Notes under the pieces: generated by a model
What the model saw: the letters and a program-made list of their open reading frames with translations, nothing else
Database searches by the model: none
Told to the model about the DNA's origin: nothing
Part shown: positions 1-10,500 of the stretch, in pieces
Layout of the letters: every line of letters starts with the position of its first letter
Numbering within the stretch: the stretch's first letter is position 1
Translations under genes and position numbers: made by a program
Assembly (NCBI GenBank): GCA_013239625.1
Contig: MU053629.1
Span: 4,801,567-4,865,566, forward strand
Direction: 5' to 3'
Origin: Lama guanicoe
Lineage: Eukaryota
DNA: 64,000 nt

Positions 1-681
1 GGCGCAGAGGAGCGCTGCCCGAGCGCGCTGTCCCGTGGGCCACTGGACGAGGACGGCATGGACGAGGCGCTGCCGCCACCGCTGGCTCCGCTGCCCCCGC
101 CGCCCCCGCCGCCCACACGCAAAGGCTCGTACGTGTCGGCCTTCCGGCCTGTGGTCAAGGACGCCGAGAGCATTGCCAAGCTCTACGGCAGCGCCCGTGA
201 CGCGTACGGGGGCGGGCCAGCTCGTGGGCCTGGGCCGGGCGCAGGGGCCGGCGGCGGCTACGTGAGCCCAGACTTTCTGAGCGAGGGCAGCTCAAGCTAC
301 CACTCCGCCTCCCCCGACGTGGACACTGCTGACGAGCCCGAGGTGGATGTGGAGTCCAACCGCTTTCCCGACGACGAGGGCGCCCCGGACGAGGGCGAGC
401 CCGGAGTGCCCGGCGCGCCCAGCACAGGAGGCGGCCCGGACGGCGAACAGCCCGCAGGGCCCCCGTCTACCACCTCTTCAGGCGCTGACGGCCCCACAGA
501 CTCTCCCGACGGCGGCAGCCCTCGCCCCCGGCGCCGCCCGGGGCTACCCCCAACCAGCCGGTCCGCATTTGGGGACCTGGCGACCGACGACATGGTGCGG
601 AGACCTGAGACGAGCCCGCCGAGCGGCGGCTATGAGCTGCGAGAGCCTTGCGGGCCGCTGGGGGGCCCCGCGCCCGCCAAG
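1..681 (+). CDS. SKOR1: SKOR1, 3' part of the large GC-rich coding exon (begins upstream of the window)
   Basis: Frame 1 is open from base 1 (GAEERCPSALSRGPLDEDGMDEALPPP...RKGSYVSAFRPVVKDAESIAKLYG...GPAPAK). It contains the SKI/SKOR-family SAFRPV motif and ends at the donor AAG|GTGAGC (681/682), phase 0. Confidence 0.96.
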
Positions 682-1745
682 GTGAGCCCCGCGCCCCTGC
701 GGCTGGTGGTGTCTCCTCGCTTATCCCTCGGCAGCTTGGGGATGTGGGGCGAGTCCTGGCCGGGTGGGGAGCCGGAATTTAGTTCTGAGCGGATGTTACA
801 GCAGTAGGCCCCGGCTGCTCTCGGTAGGCCCAGCTTCGGGAGTGCCATGGACCCCCCGACTGAGGGTTTCATAAGATAGAAATGTGTGTGCTGTGTTTTT
901 GTTGATGGGAATGGGGAGACAGGTAGAGACAGGCTGTCACACAGAGACAGATAGAAATACAATGGGTCTGGAGGGAGAAAGTGGAGGAGGGAAAGGGACC
1001 AAAAGCCAGAGAAAAGCGAGAAGGGCGTAGCACGCCCGCCTGGATGGGGATCAGAGCTCAGGGGAAGATGAGCGGGAAAGGAGGGGAGAGGGCGGCCTTT
1101 CCCCCAAACCGCAATACAGGGTACCCGGAACCTTCCTCTGACCCAAGTCGTAGATTTCCGAGTCTCTTCGAACTTGGGAACCTCAGGGTTCCTTGGAAGA
1201 AAACTGTCGAGACGGTTTTCGGGGCGAAAGAGGGGATCTCGGGTTGGCAGGGACGCGGGTTCGGGTGGGGTGTGTGTGTGTGCTGCTAAGCTGGAATCGT
1301 TGGCCGTTTGAAAATGGGTGCGCACACCTGTACATTTCCATTCGGTCCATTAAAATAGGAATCATTAGCCGCATGCTAAAGGAGTCATTTATGCCGAGGA
1401 CTGGGCGCGGGCGGGAGGGAAGATGACGAAAAGGAGGCCGGCAAAGAGGGTGGGGGCGGCTTTCAGCAGCCTTTGGCTTGGAAGCCGCTTCGTATTTCGG
1501 GTAATTTTCTCGAGGGCGGTAATAATTACTCGGGATCTACAGTGGTGATGCGGCCTCAGAGGGCGCAGGGCTAGGGCGCAGGGCTATGCCGCGTGCGTCA
1601 CGGCCGCCCGGGGTGCTCCGGTCCCGCGGGCAAACTGACCTCAGTCACCTCCTCAGGTTTCCTTCCGGCCGCGGTTCAGGGCTGGGCGGCACCGAGGCTC
1701 CGCCAAGCGCCCTCCTAACCGCCTGTCATTTCTCGGCCGCCGCAG

Positions 1746-1836
1746 GTGTACGCGCCCGAGCGGGACGAGCACGTGAAGAGCGCGGCGGCGGCGCTGGGGC
1801 CCGCGGCCTCCTACCTCTGCACCCCCGAGGCCCACG
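1746..1836 (+). CDS. SKOR1: SKOR1 coding exon (VYAPERDEHVKSAAAALGPAASYLCTPEAH)
   Basis: Acceptor CGCAG|GTG, donor G|GTAAC, 91 nt, phase 0 to 1. The peptide matches recalled SKOR1. Confidence 0.93.
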
Positions 1837-2751
1837 GTAACGCCCCCAGCCCCCCTGCCAAGGTCGTAGGACAACCGTGATAGGAGGACCGCGGGCAGAG
1901 GGCCGGGGCCAGGGGAGGCCTGCGAGGAAAAACGGGAGGAGGAAAGAAAGAGCAGAGAAAACGAGAGAAAGAGGGAGAGGGAAAGAAAACCAGAGAAAGA
2001 AAAAGGAAGCTAAGCGAGGACTCCCAATAACTTGCATCGTTTGGTTACTTAACAACAGACCACCCTCCCCAGAACACAGACCGCTCACGTACACTTCATT
2101 CACTGGGTTAAACCTTTTAAAAGACACTCTTGGCACCCTTTTAAAGTCCTTTCGTTTATTTAGCAAGTGTTTTGGCCCCAAGTTCCCCTGTGGTGAGGCC
2201 TGGTCCGGGCGGAGGTGGGGGCGCTTGGTGGCGCGCTTGGGTACCCCTGAAACGCCGTGGTAGCTGTAGCCCAACGCGGCGGTAGCCCAGCACGTGCGCG
2301 CGCGGGACCCAATGGCTCTCAAAGGAGGGGTTGAGGGTCGCAGAAATCCGGGCAGGCCGAGCCCGGGAGGGTGTCTCCCCCGCTGAGGCTACCCGGCGGG
2401 TCGCCGCCTGGACCGCGTTCTTGGCGCAGGTAGACCTGGCGGCCACGCGCGCTCGCGGTGCCCCAGTATCTGCGCGCGATGTAGGTCGCTCGTCCCTGGT
2501 GGGCTCGGCTGCTCGTTTCGCTCTTTTCCGAGGGGCTGGGGAGGGGGCGTGGAACCGGAGATGAGCAGATCGCGCGTGAAGGAGGGGGCTGCCCGGCCCA
2601 AAGCCTGAGGGTGCGGGCCCAGGCGCGCAGCCGGCAACCAGCGGCGGCCACGAAGCTTTTAATTAGGGCTCGGGCGCCCCGACCGCGGCAGCTCTGTATC
2701 GGGGTCACGGTTTCTTTGCCTCTCCTTGAAACTCGGTTTATTGCCTTTAAG

Positions 2752-2859
2752 AGCCGGATAAGGAAGACAATCATTCGACCGCCGACGATTTGGAAACGAG
2801 GAAATCCTATCCAGACCAAAGGAGTATCTCCCAGCCAAGTCCCGCAAATACAGACCGAG
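2752..2859 (+). CDS. SKOR1: SKOR1 coding exon (EPDKEDNHSTADDLETRKSYPDQRSISQPSPANTDR)
   Basis: Acceptor TTTAAG|AG, donor G|GTGAG, 108 nt. Frame continues from the previous exon. Confidence 0.93.
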
Positions 2860-3392
2860 GTGAGCCCTAGGACCCTCACGCACCACCCCCACCCCAGAGC
2901 TAGAGCCCAGGTCGCCCAGGTTTGCACTGGCTCCGGCTTGCGAGGAAGGTTTCCCATCAAGCCTAAGGGGCTGCCGGTCCCCTCTCGAGGCTGGCAGATA
3001 AATATTTAAACAGCGTGGGCAAGGTTCTGGCACTCCTTCTGAGTTGCTTGCCTCCTTGGTGGCTTCGGGGATCTTCCGGGTAAGGCAAGGAGGCTTAATG
3101 GAAGGAAATAAGCATCATCACCCACATAAAACAGGTCAAAGGGCACTTCCTGCCCTAAGGTAGCCTGTTTTCCCTGGGTCCACTCTCCTCCAGTGGGTCA
3201 CTCTAACATATTGGCTATAGCCCCTAAAATAAGGCCTTGAAAGGTGGGTAATACTGGATGCCTGTAACTGTCTTCTCTGAAGGCAGAGTCTGAAATTGGT
3301 CCCCAAATTAGTGCAGTTCCCAGGAAGCTCACGGTTCCGCTCCTAAGGCCTCGCTCAGGAGAAAACCCCTCTCGCTTGCCCTTGTGTCCCAG

Positions 3393-3464
3393 GTGAAGAT
3401 GGACTCACCCTAGATGTCACGGGAACTCAACTAGTGGAGAAAGATATCGAGAACTTGGCCAGAG
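3393..3464 (+). CDS. SKOR1: SKOR1 coding exon (GEDGLTLDVTGTQLVEKDIENLAR)
   Basis: Acceptor CCCAG|GT, donor G|GTGAG, 72 nt. Confidence 0.93.
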
Positions 3465-4822
3465 GTGAGGTTAACCCTGTGAAATGGGGTATATGCTGTG
3501 CGTGGGGGAGACCGGGCCTTCTTGTAGCGGGTGTTATTCCTGTAGGAGTGAGTGTGAGACAACAAGGCTCCTGGGGAAATCAGTCTTCACTGAGCCAAAA
3601 GTGTATTCCCCTGGACACATTATCCTGGCACAGAGGTGGGGGGGGGGAAAGGGGGAGGGGAGAGGGAGTCAACCACCCTGGAGTTCCCATGGTCCAGACT
3701 TTCTGGATAAGAGCCTTTCTGAGAATGAGCAATGAGTAATGATCCTCAGAACTTGATGCATGTGGACAATCAGACGGGACAATCTGGGTCTCTCAACCTC
3801 ATGGGAAAACATGACATTTTCTGAATAGCAAGATTTTGTGGAGGCATTTACTTTAGGAACGTCTGAGAGGTTAATTTTTTTCCCTGAAATTAATGCAGAA
3901 TGACTCCACCCCACCCTAAATGGGGTGAGGATGGAGCTTGTTGGTGGAATGGGATCCTAGGAGTGAAGCAAGGGAAAGAGGATGGCTTGAGGCACAGAAA
4001 GAGGAGCCTCTCACCCCACTTTGCTCTTCTGTCTCCCATTTTTCTGTTTTTGGAGCATCTGCCAAGGGAGGGTTTCTCAGAGAAACTCCCCATGTGGAGG
4101 ACCCAGATACCAACTGCTCCATGGTTAGGGCAGCTCCCTGCCACTCCTTTGGAGCTGCTTTTGAGGGCATCCACGAGGCTTTCCACACCCAATTCCCCCC
4201 CTACCCGGGGTTGGACTTGGAAATTGGTGTGAGGAGGGAGAGAAGCATTGTTGCTCTTCCATTCTTCTTAATTATGGAGTTTACAGTCTATGCAATTACC
4301 TTCAAAATCCTTAGTGCTGTATATGAGGGTTCTTAATATGGATGTGGGGTCCTGGGACCTTTTGAAATTGTAAACTGTGGTGAATATGTGTATTTTTCCA
4401 GGGTGGGGGTCCAAGACTTTGGATTCTCCCTGGTCTGTATCGTTGAAGGGAGTGATTAGGTCTGTCATTTGAAGATGTAAACTGAGTCTTTGTGGGCCAA
4501 CCTCTAAGTTTAGTGAGTTAGGAACAACTTAGAATGGATACAAAGCTGGTTAGTGCCTGGGGCCAGGGCCTAGAAGTCTAGCATGCGTTCTGCTGTCCTG
4601 AATTTGATTCTCCTGGGCAACTTCATCCCCTAACCCCATTTCCTGCGCAAAATCTTTTGGATGCAGATAGAAAAACTGACTGCTGAGGGTCTCCACTATC
4701 CAGTCCCACCCTCCTCAGCTCCCATCTCAGGGCTGCCGGCCAGGACAGGACCTGGCTGCCTTATAGGCCCCCCTGAGTCCCACCACCCTCCTCCTTTACC
4801 TCCCACTCTGGCCCCTTCACAG

Positions 4823-4897
4823 ACGAATTGCAAAAATTGCTCCTGGAACAAATGGAGCTCCGAAAGAAGCTGGAGCGAGAATTTCAGAGTCTCAAAG
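4823..4897 (+). CDS. SKOR1: SKOR1 coding exon, coiled coil (DELQKLLLEQMELRKKLEREFQSLK)
   Basis: Acceptor CACAG|AC, donor G|GTACC, 75 nt. Confidence 0.95.
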
Positions 4898-5152
4898 GTA
4901 CCCCCATTCCAACCCGCCCGAACCTCATCTCCAGAGCCTTCTTCCCGCACGCCCCGGCCTCGCCCCAGGACCCCCGTGCAGGCATCTGCCGCTGCGCGCG
5001 CAGCCGGAGCCGCCGAACTCCCCCCTTTCCCAGGGTTACCCGCTAGGCCAACGACGGAGGGGGTGGGGCTGGGGCTGGGGAGTGGGGAGTGGGGAAATAG
5101 GACCGAGGGAGGGGGCTGTGCGTAACAGCTCTCACTTAATCAATTTGCACAG

Positions 5153-5227
5153 ATAATTTTCAGGATCAAATGAAGAGGGAATTGGCTTATCGAGAAGAAA
5201 TGGTGCAACAGCTGCAAATTGTCAGAG
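5153..5227 (+). CDS. SKOR1: SKOR1 coding exon, coiled coil (DNFQDQMKRELAYREEMVQQLQIVR)
   Basis: Acceptor CACAG|AT, donor G|GTAAG, 75 nt. Confidence 0.95.
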
Positions 5228-5739
5228 GTAAGACGGGAGTCAGGTGAGCGCGTGCACGGGCCGTAACTGCCTCTCGTCTGGCAGGAGCCGCAATGTTGGC
5301 TCAGTCATTTGGATTTAAATTGAAGGTAATTTAACAATTATTTTTTTTATTTAATATCCTTTGTATACTCTGATTAGCCTCAGAATGGCAAGCGAGCCCA
5401 GCAAACGGCTTGCAGGCATCATTACATGGAGTGATTGAACTTCTTATCGCGGCAATTTCCATGGTTTCTAAATTAAAAATCGAGGCGTAAAATTACCTGG
5501 GAAGTAATGCCTAAGTTTGCTTTAATTTTGGTTAGATCCGTCTGCCTTTAAGCGCCATCCCAGGCCATTTCCTCCCTCCGCCAAGCTGCAGTTTGGAGCT
5601 TCGACGCCCCCTCCCTCGGTCCCCAGGACTTGTTTCTGCCAGGGGCTGAGCTCTGAGAAGAGGGTGAGGCCCGGGCTGTGACCCCAATTGGCCCTAAGGT
5701 GGTCTCATTTCCTCACCAGCTACTTCCCATGTCTTCCAG

Positions 5740-5805
5740 ACACTCTGTGTAACGAACTTGACCAAGAGCGGAAGGCACGCTATGCCATCCAGCAGAAATT
5801 AAAAG
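5740..5805 (+). CDS. SKOR1: SKOR1 coding exon (DTLCNELDQERKARYAIQQKLK)
   Basis: Acceptor TTCCAG|AC, donor G|GTGCG, 66 nt. Confidence 0.95.
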
Positions 5806-5859
5806 GTGCGGAAGCCGGGGGATAAAGATAGGAAGGGTGCTAGGCGCTGGCTGTGCCGG

Positions 5860-5889
5860 CGAATGAATGAATGAATGAATGAATGAATG
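5860..5889 (+). repeat. (GAAT)n microsatellite
   Basis: About seven tandem GAAT units. Confidence 0.9.
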
Positions 5890-6316
5890 CACGACGTGGC
5901 TAGTGAAAAGGGAAGGCCAGGTCTACATGGATCAGAAGCTGAGAGGAGAGAAATGGGAATTGATTTTAATGGAGAAATGATTCTCGAACGGTGGGCTAGG
6001 GAGAAAGAGCCCTTGAGCTCTGGGCATTGGGAAGTCGGTCATCGCTTCCAAATCTGGTCTTGGGCTGATCTTACTGTGCCTCAGTTTCCTCTTCTGTAAA
6101 ATGGAGCTATTGAACCTGAGCAGTGATTCTGAATCGCCAGGATCTCTCCACTGCCCTCCCATCTTCTGATCCGCTCCCTTGAGAGCTCCTGAGGCTGAAG
6201 CGGGTGGGTGAGACCCTCATAGACGGGTAGAGGGGTGGCGCGTGTACCGCTCGGGTGAGGCGAGGCAAAGTAAGGCAGGCGAGGCGCGCAACGGGCCAAC
6301 TCGGCTGTCTCCCCAG

Positions 6317-6411
6317 AAGCCCACGACGCCCTGCACCACTTCTCCTGCAAGATGCTGACGCCCCGGCACTGCACTGGTAACTGCTCCTTCAAGCCCCCGC
6401 TGTTGCCCTAG
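6317..6411 (+). CDS. SKOR1: SKOR1 last coding exon (EAHDALHHFSCKMLTPRHCTGNCSFKPPLLP*)
   Basis: Acceptor CCCCAG|AA, in-frame TAG at 6409-6411. The C-terminus matches recalled SKOR1. Confidence 0.95.
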
Positions 6412-7115
6412 GGCCGGCCCGACCGCGCCCACGCGCCCTCAAGCCATGCTGCTCTCTTCTTGTAAATACCTGTGGCCGCGGCGGCCGAGAGCGAGATACA
6501 AGCCATTCAGACCGGACCGATGTAAATACAGCCTCCAGCCCGCCCGCTCTCCTCCCGGGCGCCTCGGCCTTGGCCGCCCCCTCCCGGGCGACCCAGCCCA
6601 GGACCCCTTCTTCATTTCCAAATGTAAATATCACCTCGCCCCACGGTTGAACTCCGGGGCATCGGACTTCATGGGGTTAACTGGACCGAAGGGGGTAAAA
6701 AAAGGGGAGGGGCCCCCCTACAGCTTCGGAACCCCTATTGTGAATACAATGTAGCAACTTCTCTGGCCCCGCGCTCCCCGCCCCGTCCACTTCTGAAACT
6801 TGTTCCTAACGACAAAGTGGCTATGTGCAATGGATATAAATGTACTGTGAGTCTCTTGGTTCAGTATTGGGTTCACTTTAATTTATTTATGCTATAAATT
6901 ATTTTGCCTCCTTCTCCTGGACCTACTTCCAACTCCATTTTGCATTCCCCCTTGGGTTTTGCTTTGTCTATTTTTTGTTGTAATCTCTTGATGTAACAGC
7001 ACTTTAAAAAGGGCGACAACTGACTCACAAGATGGAAACCACCTTGATTGGGGAGACCACCCTGTATCCGTGACTTTTGTTTTTAATAATAAAAAAAAGT
7101 GAATCTGTCACTTCC
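6412..7115 (+). other. SKOR1: SKOR1 3' UTR (end approximate)
   Basis: Follows the stop codon, becomes U-rich distally, and has AATAAA at 7088-7093. Confidence 0.75.
7088..7093 (+). terminator. Polyadenylation signal of SKOR1
   Basis: Canonical AATAAA preceded by a U-rich tract and followed by GT/G-rich sequence. Confidence 0.75.
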
Positions 7116-7129
7116 TGGGGCTGTGGAGG

Positions 7130-8960
7130 TGGGAGTGTGGCTGGAGGAGGGGCGGGGGGCGGAGGCAGGCTGAGGGCCACGCAACAGGTGGGATGTGGGG
7201 ACCGCAGCTCGGGTTCAGGGGCGCTCAAGCTGAAAATCGCGCCGGCTCAGGTGAGCAGCGGCGAACACCCCGACCTCTCCACCAGTCCTCCAGGCACACC
7301 CAGCTTGCCCAGCAGCAACCCTCGCCCCACGTTTAGGATCCTTCCTGGGGCCTCCGCCGGGAAAAGGAACTACCGCAAGTATCTGACTCTTGAGAGTTTA
7401 CTTGTGCCCATTTGCACACCTGCCCCCCCCCCCCGGGAAGACACCTCCAGGGTGTCCGGGACCGAATTCTCGCCCAGCCCGAAGTTCCAGGTTCAACCAG
7501 AACTGCCAGGAGGCGCGGGCACCGTCGGCCTGGCCTAGGGGCGGGAGGGACAGGGTACGTGGGGGTGGGTCTGGGTCCCGCAGGCCTGGAAGGCTCGCGG
7601 GAGACTCTCCGCTTGTGCGCAGATGCCCTGCCGCCTGCCTCGCTGCTACCCGGAGGGAGGAAGCCCTGGTGGTTTTTAAGTTTCCGTCCATTTTAGTCCC
7701 AGGGGGATAGAGGACGTCGAGAAGCCCGAGGAGGAAGGTGAGATACGCCGGCCGCTGGAGTCCGTGGGGACGGCCGCGGTTGCTGAGGCCTTACCTTGCC
7801 CCCCTCCTCCCTTCGGCCTCAGTTTCCACAGCGCACCTGCTGCTTGGGCTGCAGATAAAGGATGGAAACTGCAGCGCGCTCTTTGGAGCGGGAGGAGAGT
7901 GCGGCTCGAGTGGGAAAGCGCATGGTCGCGGGAGTCATTCAGTCCTGGCTTCCAATTTCCCCTCCTTAGCTGACTAGCAGGAGTGCTGTGTCCTGCCCTT
8001 AATTCTTCCTAGGCCTCCGTTTCGGCCTCTAAATTAATATTCAGGCCTCTGTCCCCGCCGGCGCGTGGACGCGCTGTGGGAGGGAAGCCAGCGCAGGGCA
8101 GCGCTCCGCAGCCCGGACCCCCACCCCGACGACGCAGCCCTCCGACGCCCCGGGGTCCCCACTGCTCGTCTCCTGGCGGCGCTGGGCGGCCTGGACGGAG
8201 ACCCTGGAGGCGGGCGTTCAGTACCGGGCCGCCGGGCGAGCAGCTCGGGCCCGGGAGCCCTCGGTTGCGAGGGTGCGGAAATTTCGTGGCGGGTCGTCCA
8301 GAGGACCCGGGGCGGAGTCGACGAGCAAGGGCGCCATCGGGGCCTCCCGCAAGGGGCACAGGCAGGACGCCAGGCCCCGGACACCCTGCGCTGGGGCTCG
8401 GAGCCCTCATGTCCCAGGATATTCCGAGGTACTAGATCCAGAGGGGACAGGAGAGAGAATGGCGGTGCGGGCGCCGGGTAATCCGTGAGGTGTCGCCAAG
8501 GGTTGAAATCGCCTTGGGACACGCGATTATCCCGACAGGGACCCTGCAGGGAACGGGATCATTCCTTCAGTGTACCAAAGGGGAAACAGGTCCGGAGAGG
8601 AGAGCCACGCGTCCCCAGGGCGTACCAAGGGCGAGCGGAGCTGGGACCTGCGGGGAGCGCGGGCTGGGAGAGTGCACGCGCCTTTTCCCTTTGGGCGGGG
8701 CCGCTTCTTTGGAAGCGGCACTTTCCTTCTCTGTAAAATGGGATCAACTGTTACTACCCAGAAAGTTCCGTGGCTGCGGCCCACATTGAAGAGCCTGGCA
8801 AGTATTCCTCTTCACCTTTCCTTTCCGGATTCCCCAAACAACGGGGAAAGCGCCGTAGGCGTCTGGGACCTGCCGGAAAGGGCGCCCCATCTGCCGGAAT
8901 CTCTGTGGATTGGAGGTGTAGGCGGATGCGACCCAGAAAGCTCTGTCGCAAAAGCCCTCC
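7130..8960. promoter_or_regulatory. CpG island downstream of SKOR1
   Basis: Dense CpG, no recognisable protein. Typical of developmental transcription-factor loci. Confidence 0.7.
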
Positions 8961-10334
8961 TGGGCTCCGACTCCCTTCAGAAGTGGTTTGTTCCCCCCCA
9001 AATGTTAATAACCAAACGATTGGTATGGATGTAATTATCAATAATTATACGAATTATTGCTGATTGCGGGGCTCGTAGCTACTTTAATTAGTTTACCAGA
9101 TTCTAATTAAGTTAAATGAAACATTAATAGGGAAAATATGTTTTGGAAAAAAAAATCCAAGCTTTTTAAAAAAGTCTATTTCTCGCCACAACGTTGCCAC
9201 CTTGCGACACATTTTAGGCATTACAGCCAACGTCCGAAGGCCTCAGACTAGGGGCGTCTTGTTTTAGGGAGAAAGAGTGGGGCTTGGGGAATCTGGAGCC
9301 AGCTGTAGGGCACAGAATTTCTTCCCCGCTGTTTGTTTCACATCTCGGCCCCGGCGGTGCCCACAGGAGGTCGGGATCTGGAGACTGAGGTCTGGGGGTG
9401 AAGAATCAGGTAAACATGCCTCTTCAACCTCCCACTCCTTTTTCAGCAGAGGAACTCCAGACCCCTGATGAGGAGCTGGGGTAGGGCTGGTGGTCTCTAT
9501 CTTCACCTGTCCCGGAAAATCCAGGGTGATAAACTGAGCGAAGGTGGGAGGAGCAGGGGTAGACAGTGTCAAGCTGCTTGATTTTTCACTCCTCTGGGAG
9601 AAACCAGTAGTTGCTCCCAACCTCCATTTCCTCTGCACATTGGGGTAATCTGTCAGCAGATGACCCTTGGAAGACCCCTGGATTCCTGGGAGTAACCTCT
9701 GTGTTACTGTGGTACTTGGTTCATGAAGCTAATAGGGTGCTCACCTCCCTGAGTTAACCTAGGTCGGGTGTTTCTGTTTCTCAAAGGACTGTAGGTGCCT
9801 CGGCAACTAAGCCACATCTTGCTCTTCCTTGTGGCCTTCAACACAGGGCCCAGTGCATCACAGGTACTCAACAGATGTAGATGAATGGGTTCCATCTTTG
9901 TGGTTCATCTGGGTACTGACAATGTCTGGGAGAAGGAATCCTTAGGTGCTCTGGACAATAGCTACTGGGAAGTAATTAAGTTCGTTGGCATAGTTAATTA
10001 AATACAGGCTTACTGCTCAGAAGATCCTTCATTAATAGGATTAGTTTTAGGGGGCAGGGGGCAGGTAAAGTATTGTCAACCTAGGACAGGAAAGCTTTCT
10101 TCCCCTTCCAACTGCATCCCAAAGAGGGTGATCCTTCACCCCATCTACTTTTGCAAGGTCACTGGGTGCATTCCTGTCCACCCATTCCCAGCTACCCTGA
10201 TATAAAGTCTAGCCTTGATCCTTTGCAAAAATGTGACTCCTGTCCTTGAACACTAACAAAAGCAGAACCAGACCTGCATGTTCTTTATACTATTCTAAAC
10301 TGTCTCATTTCCCACTTCACACCTCCAGGGGGAA

Positions 10335-10500
10335 TATAGTGTTTGGTTAAGAGCACAAGCTCTAGAGCCAGATTTCCTGGGTCTTGGTCCCTTCTCTGAC
10401 ATTGACTAGATGTGTGGGCAAGTTGTTGAATCTCTGTACTTCAGCTTCCTCATGAATATTATGACGCAAAAAGGATACCTACCTCATAGAGCTGTGCAGA
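10335..10500. mobile_element. MIR SINE fragment (one of many MIR-like remnants, e.g. ~6050, ~15000, ~16300, ~40500, ~42750, ~59050-59350)
   Basis: Degenerate MIR core (GGCAAGTTGTTGAATCTCTGTACTTCAGCTTCCTCAT...ACCTACCTCATAG). Confidence 0.65.

Larger units (their letters stand above)
1..2950. promoter_or_regulatory. Intragenic CpG island over SKOR1 exons and introns
   Basis: High GC and CpG density by eye, with short AT-rich interruptions. Confidence 0.75.

Noticed and set aside
682..807. C-terminal extension of ORF 58..807 (VSPAPLRL...)
   Set aside because: This is read-through into the intron past the donor AAG|GTGAGC. The SKOR1 peptide resumes at 1746.
630..3033. Long antisense and alternate-frame ORFs (231, 198 and 213 aa)
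   Set aside because: Stop-poor GC-rich DNA, mostly non-ATG starts, and no recognisable domains.
7077..9063. Many overlapping ORFs downstream of SKOR1
   Set aside because: CpG-island artefacts with Pro/Arg/Gly-biased composition in all frames.
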